A DNA stretch of 19,899 bases, taken from contig JAEOTP010000053.1 in NCBI GenBank assembly GCA_016839765.1, forward strand, positions 1 to 19,899. Direction: 5' to 3'. The position numbers and the translations under genes are program-made. This DNA comes from Promethearchaeota archaeon. Lineage in GTDB: Archaea > Asgardarchaeota > Lokiarchaeia > Sigyniarchaeales > SOKP01. Every line of letters begins with the position of its first letter. The first letter of the stretch is position 1. This document shows positions 6,736 through 16,274 of this stretch, piece after piece. The notes under the pieces were generated by a model, which had not been told where the DNA came from, searched no databases, and saw nothing but the letters and a program-made list of their open reading frames with translations.

Positions 6736-9327
6736 TTATGGTTTTCTATTTCTTACTATTAACTTTGTAAACAACAGAATTAATATCATAGGTACTAAGC
6801 CTACTCCATATACGAGAAATAAATAGTAATTCACTGCATTTGAAAATAATGAATTTGCGAATAGCTGTCCAAATGAATTGAATAAGTAATGTAATATAAT
6901 ACATGGTAAGAGGCTTTCAGTTTTAACATAAGCATAAGCTAGTGCGACTCCAAAGCAACTCGCATAAAATACTTGAAATATTACATAATCTAGAGGAAAA
7001 CCACTTAATAGGTTGACAAAATGAAAAAGACCAAATAAAAATCCATTTACTATAACGGATGTCAGCTTTGAATATTTTTTAAGCTGTAAGTTTAGAATTA
7101 CACCTCTGAAAGCTACTTCTTCTAAAATTCCCGGTTGAAGCATTATATAAAATAAAGCCCAACCTAGGTTATATATTGTAGGATAACCAAATAGAACATT
7201 AGGATCAAAAATGTAAGTTCCCAATAGGTTAGCAAAACCCCACGTAGAGAGAGCGTATAATAGGAAGGACAATATCCCTAGTAAAATATTTCTTGCTACT
7301 GGTTTGCTTCTTGTAAATCCAATGGAATAAGCATATTCTTTAAAAATAGCTTTACCATGTGGTAGTTTTAGGCCATATGGAGTAATTACAAAAAGAAGTA
7401 CCGATAATAGACTGAAATTGATAATTAAATTTATTAAAAATTGTTGCCATACTGTCATATGCATTAAAATTGGTGATAAAACTAGTACAATTGGTATTGC
7501 TGCATATGGTAAAGCATAAAATAATACCATAATAACAGTAGCTCCAGCATTTACGTTTCTTCTTAATAATCCGCCTGTGTAGTATGTAGCCAACTCTTTT
7601 TCTTTAGGAAACATTCTCGTGAAAGCATAAAGTAATGAACTAAGACCGATTATACTAATAATCACTAACCCAATAATAATCCCTAAGATTCCATATAAAC
7701 TTAACAACGTAAATTCAATGATGATAACAGTAAAATAAATTAACAGTTCTGAGCAAATTAATATTGTCCATTTTAATACCTTCCGTTGTTTGTTTACTTC
7801 TTCAACAACATATTTGTATTTCATTTTTCCAAAAAAACGAATCTTTAGTTCAAATGTAAAGAGAAGAAATATCCATGCAATTGGAATGGTTAGAAGAAAA
7901 AGTGTCAATAATATTAATGACTTTATCATAATCATTAATATGACCCCCATCAGTCCGAGACCGATAGCCTGAATCGTTAGCATCAAATATATTTTTGCCT
8001 TCGCTTGTTTCCGTCCAAGTAATGGTAACGATGCTAAAATAGATGCTCCTGATTCTTCCATATTTAAAAAGCCAGCTACAAGCATAAAGGGTATGAATTG
8101 ATTCACCCCAATTACTATTGACCATAAAATAATTATGCTCTCAAGAGAGATTATTTCCTCAGCAAAAGCAGGCGTCATCATTAGAACTAGGATAACAGGA
8201 TATATAATAGGCATTATTAGAAAAATAAAACTTTGATAATCCCTAGTTGTTGATATTAAATCCTTCCGAATAAATGATTTTTCTGTTGAAATAGTCTTGA
8301 TTTCTACTGTTACTTCTTTTTTGCTAATAAATTTCTTCTTTCGCTTTTTATCAAGCTCAACTTCAGTAGCGGTTACACTTTTAAGTTGCTTTATAGCAAC
8401 TTTATATAATAAGAAAGTTAATCCAATAAATAAAGCAAAACCAACCATTGAAGTAAGAATCAAGTCTGGTGGGATTAGTACTGGATTTGCTATAAAGGTA
8501 ATTAAATAAGTTATTCCAAAAGGGAAAGGAATAAGGCTTAAAATGCGATTTAACAAACTAGCAGATTCATTGGTGGGGAATATTATGAAAAAATCTCCAA
8601 TAAGATTCAATGCCCAGGAAAGGAGGAAAGAAGTTCCAAATGCTAATAAGAAAAAACCTCCCATAGTAATTATTCTTAAAACACTAGCCTTCTTTGAATT
8701 ACCACTAGACTCTGAAAATATTTTAGCCATTTTTTCTGAAAGAATAACGAGAATACTAAATGCAAAAATAGCATTTAATGTGGATGATGCTAAACAAATA
8801 AGAAAAAGCCAAAAATTTTGTGTCATGATTAACAGGATTGTTGGAAATCCTAAAATTAAAGCTATAAGAGCTATATCAAGATTGCGAAAAATGGTTACAT
8901 AACCAAGTTTTTTCAAATCTTTTTTTGAGAGAGGAAGAGTTTGTAGCCATTTAAATGCATTACCGGACATAAATGAGCTTGTACTAAATAATCCCATAAG
9001 AAGAACATAAAGAACTGACATCAGAAAAAATATTCCAAAGACAAAACTATTAGTCAATAATAATGTTTCAATAGGTGAAGATGATGAATAACCTCCAACG
9101 ATTGCTAAATAACCCCATACGGAAAACAAAGGAATAAATACAAAAATAAATCCATAAACAACTTTAAGCGCGATAAGTTGGCGTTTGATAGCTTTCTTAT
9201 TTTTCTTATATCTTTCTAATAACTTTGCCTGATTACCTCCCGCTGAAGCTAATTGGGAATCCATTAATATTTCTAAATTAGGGTATTTTGCTAAAGAATA
9301 AAATTTGTACTTGACCTCTTCCTCCAT
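6736..9327 (-). CDS. ABC transporter permease fused to C-terminal CPBP/Abi (type II CAAX protease-like) intramembrane protease
   Basis: About 580 aa of polytopic ABC-2-like permease (LQTLPLS and LASLPL repeats, IRKDL), then intact CPBP motifs EEVAFRG (7122-7102), FGLFH and HYLFN. ATG 9327 sits 1 nt after the ATPase stop. The ORF track start is GTG 9342. Confidence 0.82.
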   Translation of the reverse strand: MEEEVKYKFYSLAKYPNLEILMDSQLASAGGNQAKLLERYKKNKKAIKRQLIALKVVYGFIFVFIPLFSVWGYLAIVGGYSSSSPIETLLLTNSFVFGIFFLMSVLYVLLMGLFSTSSFMSGNAFKWLQTLPLSKKDLKKLGYVTIFRNLDIALIALILGFPTILLIMTQNFWLFLICLASSTLNAIFAFSILVILSEKMAKIFSESSGNSKKASVLRIITMGGFFLLAFGTSFLLSWALNLIGDFFIIFPTNESASLLNRILSLIPFPFGITYLITFIANPVLIPPDLILTSMVGFALFIGLTFLLYKVAIKQLKSVTATEVELDKKRKKKFISKKEVTVEIKTISTEKSFIRKDLISTTRDYQSFIFLIMPIIYPVILVLMMTPAFAEEIISLESIIILWSIVIGVNQFIPFMLVAGFLNMEESGASILASLPLLGRKQAKAKIYLMLTIQAIGLGLMGVILMIMIKSLILLTLFLLTIPIAWIFLLFTFELKIRFFGKMKYKYVVEEVNKQRKVLKWTILICSELLIYFTVIIIEFTLLSLYGILGIIIGLVIISIIGLSSLLYAFTRMFPKEKELATYYTGGLLRRNVNAGATVIMVLFYALPYAAIPIVLVLSPILMHMTVWQQFLINLIINFSLLSVLLFVITPYGLKLPHGKAIFKEYAYSIGFTRSKPVARNILLGILSFLLYALSTWGFANLLGTYIFDPNVLFGYPTIYNLGWALFYIMLQPGILEEVAFRGVILNLQLKKYSKLTSVIVNGFLFGLFHFVNLLSGFPLDYVIFQVFYASCFGVALAYAYVKTESLLPCIILHYLFNSFGQLFANSLFSNAVNYYLFLVYGVGLVPMILILLFTKLIVRNRKP

Positions 9328-9328
9328 C

Positions 9329-10138
9329 TTAACTCGTTTCACCTTTGAATTTCCTTTTATAAGATGCTCTTAATCTTTTAACAATTTCATCTACAGAGGC
9401 GTCTTGCTCTGTTAACCTGAGAAATACTTCTTCTAAACTTGCTCCTAATTTGTTAGATTGTTGACGTAATTCTTCAATTGTACCTATACCAACTAATTTA
9501 CCTTTATTTATAATACCTATTCTATCACAGAGTTCTTGAGCGATTTCCATTATATGAGTGGAAAAAAGAACCGCACCCCCTTGTTTTGTATGTAAATCAA
9601 GTATCTCTTTGACAACTTTCACAGATTTTGCATCCAATCCCGCAATAGGTTCATCTAATATGAGTAAATCGGGTTCATGAAGGATAGCTGCTATTATTTG
9701 TATTTTTTGCTTATTTCCATGGGATAATGTGGCAATTAATTGTTCATAATATTCATCAGCTTCTAAGCTCTCTAAATAGTCTTTTGCCTTTTCTGAAGTT
9801 TCCTCTCCATCTAATCCTCTAATTGAAGCAATAAAACTGAATAAATCTTTAGGAGTAAGTGATTTAAAAATTAATGGTTCTTCTGAAACATAACCCACTC
9901 GACGTTTAATTTGCACTTCATCTCGTTCAGGATTTAAACCAAAAATACTCATATCTCCTTCTAAAGGTTCTAATAAACCTAATAGTAACTTAATAGTTGT
10001 GGTTTTTCCAGCACCATTGGGTCCTAATAAACCAAAAACTTCACCATTATAGACATTAAAAGAAATATCATTTACTGCTTTAACTTCACCGAAGTATTTT
10101 TTTAAGTTTTCCACTTTTATTATAACATCATTTGACAT
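9329..10138 (-). CDS. ABC transporter ATP-binding protein (ABC-2/exporter type)
   Basis: Walker A GPNGAGKTT, signature LSHGNKQK, Walker B LILDEP, H-loop STH and C-terminal LEEVFLRLT. ATG 10138; alternative GTG 10147. Confidence 0.95.
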   Translation of the reverse strand: MSNDVIIKVENLKKYFGEVKAVNDISFNVYNGEVFGLLGPNGAGKTTTIKLLLGLLEPLEGDMSIFGLNPERDEVQIKRRVGYVSEEPLIFKSLTPKDLFSFIASIRGLDGEETSEKAKDYLESLEADEYYEQLIATLSHGNKQKIQIIAAILHEPDLLILDEPIAGLDAKSVKVVKEILDLHTKQGGAVLFSTHIMEIAQELCDRIGIINKGKLVGIGTIEELRQQSNKLGASLEEVFLRLTEQDASVDEIVKRLRASYKRKFKGETS

Positions 10139-10384
10139 ATTTAACACTCATTTTACTTACTTTTTATAACTTCTTTATAATATCGAATATTATGATATTT
10201 ATTTTTATATTTGAGTATATATTGCAATATTTAAATATTTCGAATCAATCTGTGAATTGAGGTAAATTAGGTTATGGAGCTATTTTGTAGTATATATTTT
10301 ATATATATCAAGATATTTTATTTCTATATTGTTAATAACTTTAAGCTAAAACCATGCTATACATGAAAATCTAAAAAATCATTA

Positions 10385-11248
10385 TTAATTATCCGAAAAG
10401 ATACTCTTTTTTATTCTTTTTCCCGTTTTGGTTGCAGCAATTCCACCTAATCCTGTTTCCTTCAATTCATATGGGAGTTTTCGACCTACTTTCATCATCG
10501 CATCAATTATTTCATCCGCAGGTATAATTGATGTGAGTCCTGATAGTGCCATTTCAGTTGCTAAAAAAGCATTCACAACTCCAATTGCATTTCGTTTAAT
10601 ACAAGGCGATATAACTAACCCAGCAACTGGATCACAAACAAGTCCTAATAAATTCTTCAAACTTAAGGCAATCGCATTACTAATCTGAGTATGTGACCCT
10701 CCCGCCATATATGTTATAGCTGCAGCAGACATAGCAGATGCAACTCCTACTTCAGCCTGACATCCCCCCTCACTTCCAGAGAGCATAGCACGATTTCCAA
10801 TTATTGCACCAATCGCGGCTGCAACCACTAAAGCATTAAATACATCCTCCTCTGATTTTCCTAGAATATCCTTAGCTTTAAAAAGAACAGCAGGCAAAAC
10901 TCCAGATGAACCTGCTGTAGGAGCTGCAACAATTAATCCCATACCGCTATTATATTCACTAATAATCATTGCCCAAGCGATAGCATCTTTCATATTGTCT
11001 CCAAAAAATATTCCTGGTGTGAGTAGTTTTTTCGCTTGATTGCTTGCTTCCTTAATAGGTAATTCTATATCAGTCTTAAGGGCTTTCTCGAGAGACTGTT
11101 TCATAATTGTTAAAGTCTTTTTTAGACGTTCAATTATATCAGACTCTGAAATATGTGTATATTCACTTTCATCTTTTAATATTAACTTGTGTAAAGGAAT
11201 GCTTTTTGTTTCAGATTCATCAAGTAATTGTGAAATTGATTCAAACAT
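10385..11248 (-). CDS. sdaAA: L-serine dehydratase, iron-sulfur-dependent, alpha subunit
   Basis: AAPTAGSSGVLP, GGCQAEVG, LGLVCDPVAGLV..PCIKRNA (three [4Fe-4S] Cys) and LKETGLGG. Confidence 0.95.
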   Translation of the reverse strand: MFESISQLLDESETKSIPLHKLILKDESEYTHISESDIIERLKKTLTIMKQSLEKALKTDIELPIKEASNQAKKLLTPGIFFGDNMKDAIAWAMIISEYNSGMGLIVAAPTAGSSGVLPAVLFKAKDILGKSEEDVFNALVVAAAIGAIIGNRAMLSGSEGGCQAEVGVASAMSAAAITYMAGGSHTQISNAIALSLKNLLGLVCDPVAGLVISPCIKRNAIGVVNAFLATEMALSGLTSIIPADEIIDAMMKVGRKLPYELKETGLGGIAATKTGKRIKKSIFSDN

Positions 11249-11906
11249 TAATAATCCTCACCCATTTTATTTCTGAATATTTTTTTAATGCAGAAATTAC
11301 TTCATCTGGGATAACCGAATCTGCCTCGAGCCAGGTAAGAGCAATCTTCTTTTTTAAATCTCTAGATATTTTCATTGAACCAATATTTAAATTAAATTTT
11401 GAAAGGGTATTTGCAATATTTACTAGTGCTCCGATCTTATCTTGGTTTAAAATTACTAAAGTGTTTGGCTCTCCCCCAAATCCTGCATCTAATCCATTTA
11501 CATTTTTGATTATAATATTGCCCCCTCCTATTGAAGAACCTATAACAGTCATTTTTTCTATTTTGTCACTCATTTCAATACTAACAGAATTAGGATGATA
11601 TTCAGATCCTAAATCTACAATTTCAAAAGTATAATTAAGACCTTCTTCTTGAGCAATTTCAAAAGCATTTTTTATTTCCTCATCCTCAGGTTTAAATCCT
11701 AGTAATCCTGCTAGTATTGCAATATCGGTTCCATGACCACGATATGTCTCAGCAAATGAACCATGAAGGCCTATCTTTACACTTTTAGGCTTTTTTCCGA
11801 ATAGCAGTTGAGCAACATATGCAATTTGACACGCTCCTGCTGTATGGCTCGAGCTTGGACCTACCATTATATGTCCTATTACATCAAATATTGAAGTATA
11901 TTTCAC
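11241..11906 (-). CDS. sdaAB: L-serine dehydratase, iron-sulfur-dependent, beta subunit (C-terminal ACT domain)
   Basis: MKYTSIFDVIG.IMVGPSSSHTAGA, GSFAETYRGHGTD, HPN, SIGGG and an ACT-like C-terminus. GTG start, 8-nt overlap with sdaAA. Confidence 0.95.
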   Translation of the reverse strand: MKYTSIFDVIGHIMVGPSSSHTAGACQIAYVAQLLFGKKPKSVKIGLHGSFAETYRGHGTDIAILAGLLGFKPEDEEIKNAFEIAQEEGLNYTFEIVDLGSEYHPNSVSIEMSDKIEKMTVIGSSIGGGNIIIKNVNGLDAGFGGEPNTLVILNQDKIGALVNIANTLSKFNLNIGSMKISRDLKKKIALTWLEADSVIPDEVISALKKYSEIKWVRIINV

Positions 11907-11953
11907 GATTTATTCAACTTTTTTTTGTAATAATAATTATTTTAAGAATAATA

Positions 11954-12904
11954 TTAGTTTCTTTTTAATCTCATAATTAGAATTATTGATATTATAATTA
12001 TTATTGTGCCAATAATATGAAAAATGGTAAAATCTACGTCAAGGATAAATGTAGCAAATATTGCTGTAACAATTGGAGTCGGTGAAAGCAATATTGTAGC
12101 TTTTGAAACATCCAAATATGAAAGAGTTTTGTACCAACAGAATAATCCCAGGCTATAAACTGCCCCCATTGCAAAAAAATAGAAATTATTAATCGGATCT
12201 AAGAAAACACTTAAATTTTGTAAAGGGAAAAATATAAAATAAGTTGAAAATAAGATGGAACCACTAAGAATATTTCTTATAAATACCATTTGCGTAGGTG
12301 TCGCTTCATTTCTAGAAAAGATTGGTTTTGTTATAGTATGACCTAACATCCATAAACACGCCACAAGCAATAATGTTAAAACCCCTAAAATAATATCACC
12401 GTTGATATTTTCTAAATTAAAAGGAAATTGGGTGATGGCAATTACTAAACCGAAAAAAAGGATAATAGAAAATAAAATCTGGATTTTAGTTATTTTCTCT
12501 TTTAGTATTAAATATCCAAAAATCAATCCAAAAAACACAGTTGTTTTTTGGGTTAATGCTCCATTTATCTCCTCTGCTAATTTATAGCCAATAAAAAATA
12601 AAAGCTGGTTAAAACCAAATAGTAATCCTATAAATAGAAAAACTTTTAAATTTTTCTTCCATTTTTTTAGAATAGAATCATGATTATTAATTGTTAGGTT
12701 ATTTTTCCTTGCTTTTAAACGATTAAGTTTGACTTCTATTAACATTAATGGGATAAATATCACTGCTTCTATTAAACATGTCATCGCAGCAAATATGTAG
12801 GCATCAATAGACTCTGGCCGTGAATTTGCTACTATCGGTTGAAGACCTACAAAGATGTTACCCAAAATTCCAAAAATAAGTCCTTTTTTTATATTATTGC
12901 TCAA
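11954..12904 (-). CDS. DMT/EamA family transporter (paralog 3 of 3)
   Basis: About 10 hydrophobic segments in two EamA repeats (ILKEKIT, WYKTLSYLDVSKA..PI). TTG start. Confidence 0.9.
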   Translation of the reverse strand: MSNNIKKGLIFGILGNIFVGLQPIVANSRPESIDAYIFAAMTCLIEAVIFIPLMLIEVKLNRLKARKNNLTINNHDSILKKWKKNLKVFLFIGLLFGFNQLLFFIGYKLAEEINGALTQKTTVFFGLIFGYLILKEKITKIQILFSIILFFGLVIAITQFPFNLENINGDIILGVLTLLLVACLWMLGHTITKPIFSRNEATPTQMVFIRNILSGSILFSTYFIFFPLQNLSVFLDPINNFYFFAMGAVYSLGLFCWYKTLSYLDVSKATILLSPTPIVTAIFATFILDVDFTIFHIIGTIIIIISIILIMRLKRN

Positions 12905-12966
12905 GATATTTACCTAAGTTCATTAAATATTAAAAATGTTTAGAAGTTAAAATTTAATGAAATATA

Positions 12967-13908
12967 TCATTTCCCTTTTACCTTCACTATAACTAAAATT
13001 GAAATTATGATAATCATCGTTCCAAATAGATGGAAAATTGTAAATTTTTCACCTAAAAATAAAGTAGCAAGTAATGCTGTAATAATCGGTGAAGGGGAGA
13101 TAATTATTGTTGCAGTTGAGACATCTATATAAGATATCGCTTTATACCAGAAAAATAAATCAAACCCATAAGCAAAACCCATAATAATGAAATAAAATTG
13201 AGATATTGGATCAAAAATTAGCCATATATTTTGAATAGGGAAAAAAATGAAATAGGTTGAGCCTAAAACAATTGAATTTAACAAATTTCTTATAAAAACT
13301 AATTGAATTGAAGTGAGCTCTTTTCTTTCTAAAATTGGTTTTGTAAATGTATGAGCAAGCATCCATATTGCAGCTGTCAAGAGCATTATTAAAACACCAA
13401 TATTGAATTCAAGAATATTAAAATTTCCTTTAGTAACAGTTAAAGTTAATCCAAATAATAAGATAATAGAGAAAATAATTTGCGTGAGAGATATTTTTTC
13501 ATGATTAATTAAAAAACCAAATAATAAGCCAAAAATAATAGTTGTTTTTTGTGCTAACGAAGCATTTATCGCTTCAGAAAGTTGATATGCTAAATATAAT
13601 AATATTTGAGCAATAGCAAAATTAATTCCGATATATATCAAAAAATATTTATTTTTTTTCCATCCATTTTTTAAAATATTTATTTCATCTAGTTTTGATG
13701 GGTCTTGTTTTAAAGTTAAATTAAGACGTTTTCTTTCTAAGAAGAATAATGGTAAAAATATGATGGTTTCATAAAAGACTGTCATAGTAGCAAATAAATA
13801 TGCATCTATTTCAGGTGGGCGTGAGATTACAATAATTGGTTGAATACCAATTAAAATTGCAGAACCTATTCCAAACAAAATACCTTTAATATAATTTAAT
13901 TTGGCCAA
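12967..13908 (-). CDS. DMT/EamA family transporter (paralog 2 of 3)
   Basis: Same motifs as its neighbours (QPII..SRP, HEKIS, WYKAISY, FLGEKFTIFH). TTG start. Confidence 0.9.
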   Translation of the reverse strand: MAKLNYIKGILFGIGSAILIGIQPIIVISRPPEIDAYLFATMTVFYETIIFLPLFFLERKRLNLTLKQDPSKLDEINILKNGWKKNKYFLIYIGINFAIAQILLYLAYQLSEAINASLAQKTTIIFGLLFGFLINHEKISLTQIIFSIILLFGLTLTVTKGNFNILEFNIGVLIMLLTAAIWMLAHTFTKPILERKELTSIQLVFIRNLLNSIVLGSTYFIFFPIQNIWLIFDPISQFYFIIMGFAYGFDLFFWYKAISYIDVSTATIIISPSPIITALLATLFLGEKFTIFHLFGTMIIIISILVIVKVKGK

Positions 13909-13932
13909 GATATTAAAATGAATTAGTACCGA

Positions 13933-13940
13933 TATTTAAA
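13933..13940 (-). promoter_or_regulatory. TATA box candidate for a leaderless EamA paralog 2 transcript
   Basis: TTTAAATA ends 24 nt before TTG 13908. A similar TTTTAATA ends 23 nt before TTG 12904. Confidence 0.4.
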
Positions 13941-13961
13941 CAATTATAGTTTTGGATAAAA

Positions 13962-14912
13962 CTATTTACCCTTTTCTCTGACAATCATTATAATGGAAAT
14001 AATTATAATTATTGTCCCAATCAAATGAAAAATTGTAAAAGTTTTACCAAGAAAGATAACAGAAAAAAATGCAGAAACAATGGGGGTCAAGGAATTAATT
14101 ATCCCTGCCTTTCCAATTTGAATATATGAAATTGTTTTATACCAAAAAAACAAAGAGAATCCATAATCTAAACCCATTAACATGAAAAATATGAAATTAT
14201 CAAAATCTAACAACAATAAGAAATTTTCTTTAGGAAAAATAACTAAATAAACTAGCGTTAAGATAATTCCACTACATAAATTGCGGATAAATCCGACTTG
14301 AGTGGGAAATAATTCATTGCGATCAAAAGCAGATTTTGTGAATGCATGCACCAATGTGAATAATGCCACACTAATTAATAATATGACAACACCTATATTA
14401 AATTCAAGCAAATTAAATGAACCCTCAGTAATTGCAATAACCAAACCAATAACCAATAAAATACAAAATAAGATTTGAATTTTAGAAATCCTTTCCTCCT
14501 TTAAAATTAAATGCCCAAATAAAAGAGCAAATACTATTTCACTCTTCAGGGCTAGAGAACTATTAATTGGTTCTGCTAGGTCATAACCAATGTATAGCAA
14601 AACAGGAATAACGCTAAAAGTTAATGTAATTACAATTAACAGTTTAATATTCTTCTTTTTTTTCCATCCATTTAATAGAGAATTAATTCTGTTCTCTTCT
14701 GATGGATTATTTTTACTACTATTGTTCAATCTTCGAATCTCCACCATAAAGATTGGAAGAAAAATTAAAGCTTCAATTAAGGCAGTAATTGCCGCAAATA
14801 TGTATGGATCTATGATTGAAGGTCTTGAAACTGCTATAACAGGCTGCATTCCTATTAAAAACACAGCAATTAATGCACAAATTATCCCTTTCTTTAAATT
14901 ATAATTTTCCAC
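13962..14912 (-). CDS. DMT/EamA family transporter (paralog 1 of 3)
   Basis: QPVI..SRP, LKEERIS, FIRN, WYKTISY, FTIFHLIGT. GTG start. Confidence 0.9.
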   Translation of the reverse strand: MENYNLKKGIICALIAVFLIGMQPVIAVSRPSIIDPYIFAAITALIEALIFLPIFMVEIRRLNNSSKNNPSEENRINSLLNGWKKKKNIKLLIVITLTFSVIPVLLYIGYDLAEPINSSLALKSEIVFALLFGHLILKEERISKIQILFCILLVIGLVIAITEGSFNLLEFNIGVVILLISVALFTLVHAFTKSAFDRNELFPTQVGFIRNLCSGIILTLVYLVIFPKENFLLLLDFDNFIFFMLMGLDYGFSLFFWYKTISYIQIGKAGIINSLTPIVSAFFSVIFLGKTFTIFHLIGTIIIIISIIMIVREKGK

Positions 14913-14966
14913 GTTATTGAGAAAAAGGAAATAAGGAATTTAGGACTTATTATTTTGGAACACAAT

Positions 14967-15320
14967 TTATAGAAGCTCAATATTTTTCCTTATTTCATCT
15001 AACCTTTGTTTAGCTGAAGGGTCAATATTTTTTCCAAAAGCAATATTTAAAAGCTCACATAGATAATCTTTACAATAAGCGCAATTTTCTAATCCTTTTA
15101 CGCGAGCACAGCTTTTAATATCACATTCTTTACACCATTTAAAAATCCTATCATCAGAGTGGCATCCATCACACAAAATATCATTAGCTTTAAATTGCAT
15201 CTCTTCATTAGACCACTTCTTAGCAATTTCTTCTAACTTATTTGTATCATTATTTTGAGTTGCTATATATGCTGGGCAATCTGAACAATTTAGACCGCAA
15301 TATGCTATTATATTACTCAT
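14967..15320 (-). CDS. DUF3795 cysteine-rich protein
   Basis: IAYCGLNCSDCPAY, CDGC, CKECDIKSCA and NCAYCKDYLC match the DUF3795 cysteine pattern. Confidence 0.85.
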   Translation of the reverse strand: MSNIIAYCGLNCSDCPAYIATQNNDTNKLEEIAKKWSNEEMQFKANDILCDGCHSDDRIFKWCKECDIKSCARVKGLENCAYCKDYLCELLNIAFGKNIDPSAKQRLDEIRKNIELL

Positions 15321-15380
15321 AATTCACATTTTTTTTATAATAAAAGTACTATATAGAACTACTTTTCTTTCTTTATAAAT

Positions 15381-16085
15381 TTAACTTAATCTCTCTAATT
15401 TATTTTTATTTATCCCAAAAGCACTTGGGCATAGTTTGCGGCATAAATTACATTTTCTAAGTATATACCCTTTCTCCGTCTTAAATGTTGATAATTCTCT
15501 ACATAACTTCTGATCAACTGTAATACCGTTTAAGGCTTTTTTTGGGCAATTTTCCAGGCAAATTTGACAATTATCATCACATAAATTATAGTTTGCTGTT
15601 GGATCTCCATTTAAATTAACGTTTACTAAGATTGCTCCTAATTGAACCATATTACCATATTGATCATTAAGTAGGAGTGTGTTTTTTCCTAATGTTCCTA
15701 AACCGGCGAGATAAGCAGCATGCTTTAATGATAATATGGCACGACCATATGATCTTTCGGGCTCCCAATGCTCATAAGGATCATCAGAAGGAATGGGAAC
15801 ACATCCAATTCCCATCTTTTCAATGCGTCGTGTAAGTTTTAATGTTAATTGGTCAACTTCCTGTATTACTAAATTCTGAATATGAGTATATGGGATACAA
15901 CTTGATGCAAAGAGGGATGTTGTTGGCATTTTTATAGCAAATACTATGACTGATTTACAAGATCTATAGATATCACATGGATGAAATCCTTGAGGTGCTT
16001 CTTTAAATCTTTCAATTGGAGCAAAACCACATAAATCTGCCCCAAATTTTAATATTATTTTCTTAATTGAATTTGAATCTATCAT
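15381..16085 (-). CDS. Epoxyqueuosine reductase / reductive dehalogenase-like 2x[4Fe-4S] (putative corrinoid) protein
   Basis: GADLCGFA, KSVIVFA, SLKHAAYLAGLGTLGKNTLL...YG, CDDNCQICLENCP and C-x16-CNLCRKLCP. Confidence 0.82.
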   Translation of the reverse strand: MIDSNSIKKIILKFGADLCGFAPIERFKEAPQGFHPCDIYRSCKSVIVFAIKMPTTSLFASSCIPYTHIQNLVIQEVDQLTLKLTRRIEKMGIGCVPIPSDDPYEHWEPERSYGRAILSLKHAAYLAGLGTLGKNTLLLNDQYGNMVQLGAILVNVNLNGDPTANYNLCDDNCQICLENCPKKALNGITVDQKLCRELSTFKTEKGYILRKCNLCRKLCPSAFGINKNKLERLS

Positions 16086-16274
16086 TAAATGGAATTAATA
16101 GATCTTTATTTTCAAGATTTAGTATATAATATATGAATTTTATATAGTAGGAAAAACTAGAAAAAAATGTATAAAAACTATTTTATATAGCTACCAAACT
16201 GGGGCCCATTCTTTATAAATCTAACTTTAAATCAAATACTCATATGCACGAGATCCAACCCAAATTACATTTTT

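Noticed and set aside
7790-8902. ORFs 7790-7972, 7850-8125, 8297-8509 and 8543-8902
   Set aside because: Nested in or antisense to the permease gene. Their composition mirrors hydrophobic codons on the other strand or frame.
10428-11598. Plus-strand ORFs 10428-10688, 11040-11276 and 11107-11598
   Set aside because: Antisense to the well-supported sdaAA and sdaAB genes.
12402-14904. Plus-strand ORFs 12402-12587 and 14590-14904
   Set aside because: Antisense shadows of EamA genes.
15342-15366. Inverted repeat AAAAGTA-N11-TACTTTT between the QueG-like and DUF3795 genes
   Set aside because: Only 7 AT-rich bp, single copy, and it does not match the MarR operator.
15381-16085. Assigning the gene symbol queG
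   Set aside because: Too short and lacks the features of bona fide QueG, so only family-level similarity is supported.
16118-16130. TTTAGTATATAAT as a third MarR operator upstream of the QueG-like gene
   Set aside because: Only a partial half-site matches. It is better explained as a TATA region.
16215-16243. SECIS-like look (AUGA...AAA loop hairpin) on the minus strand
   Set aside because: The stem is only about 8 bp, the opposing strand reads UUAU rather than NGAN, and the upstream gene has no in-frame TGA.
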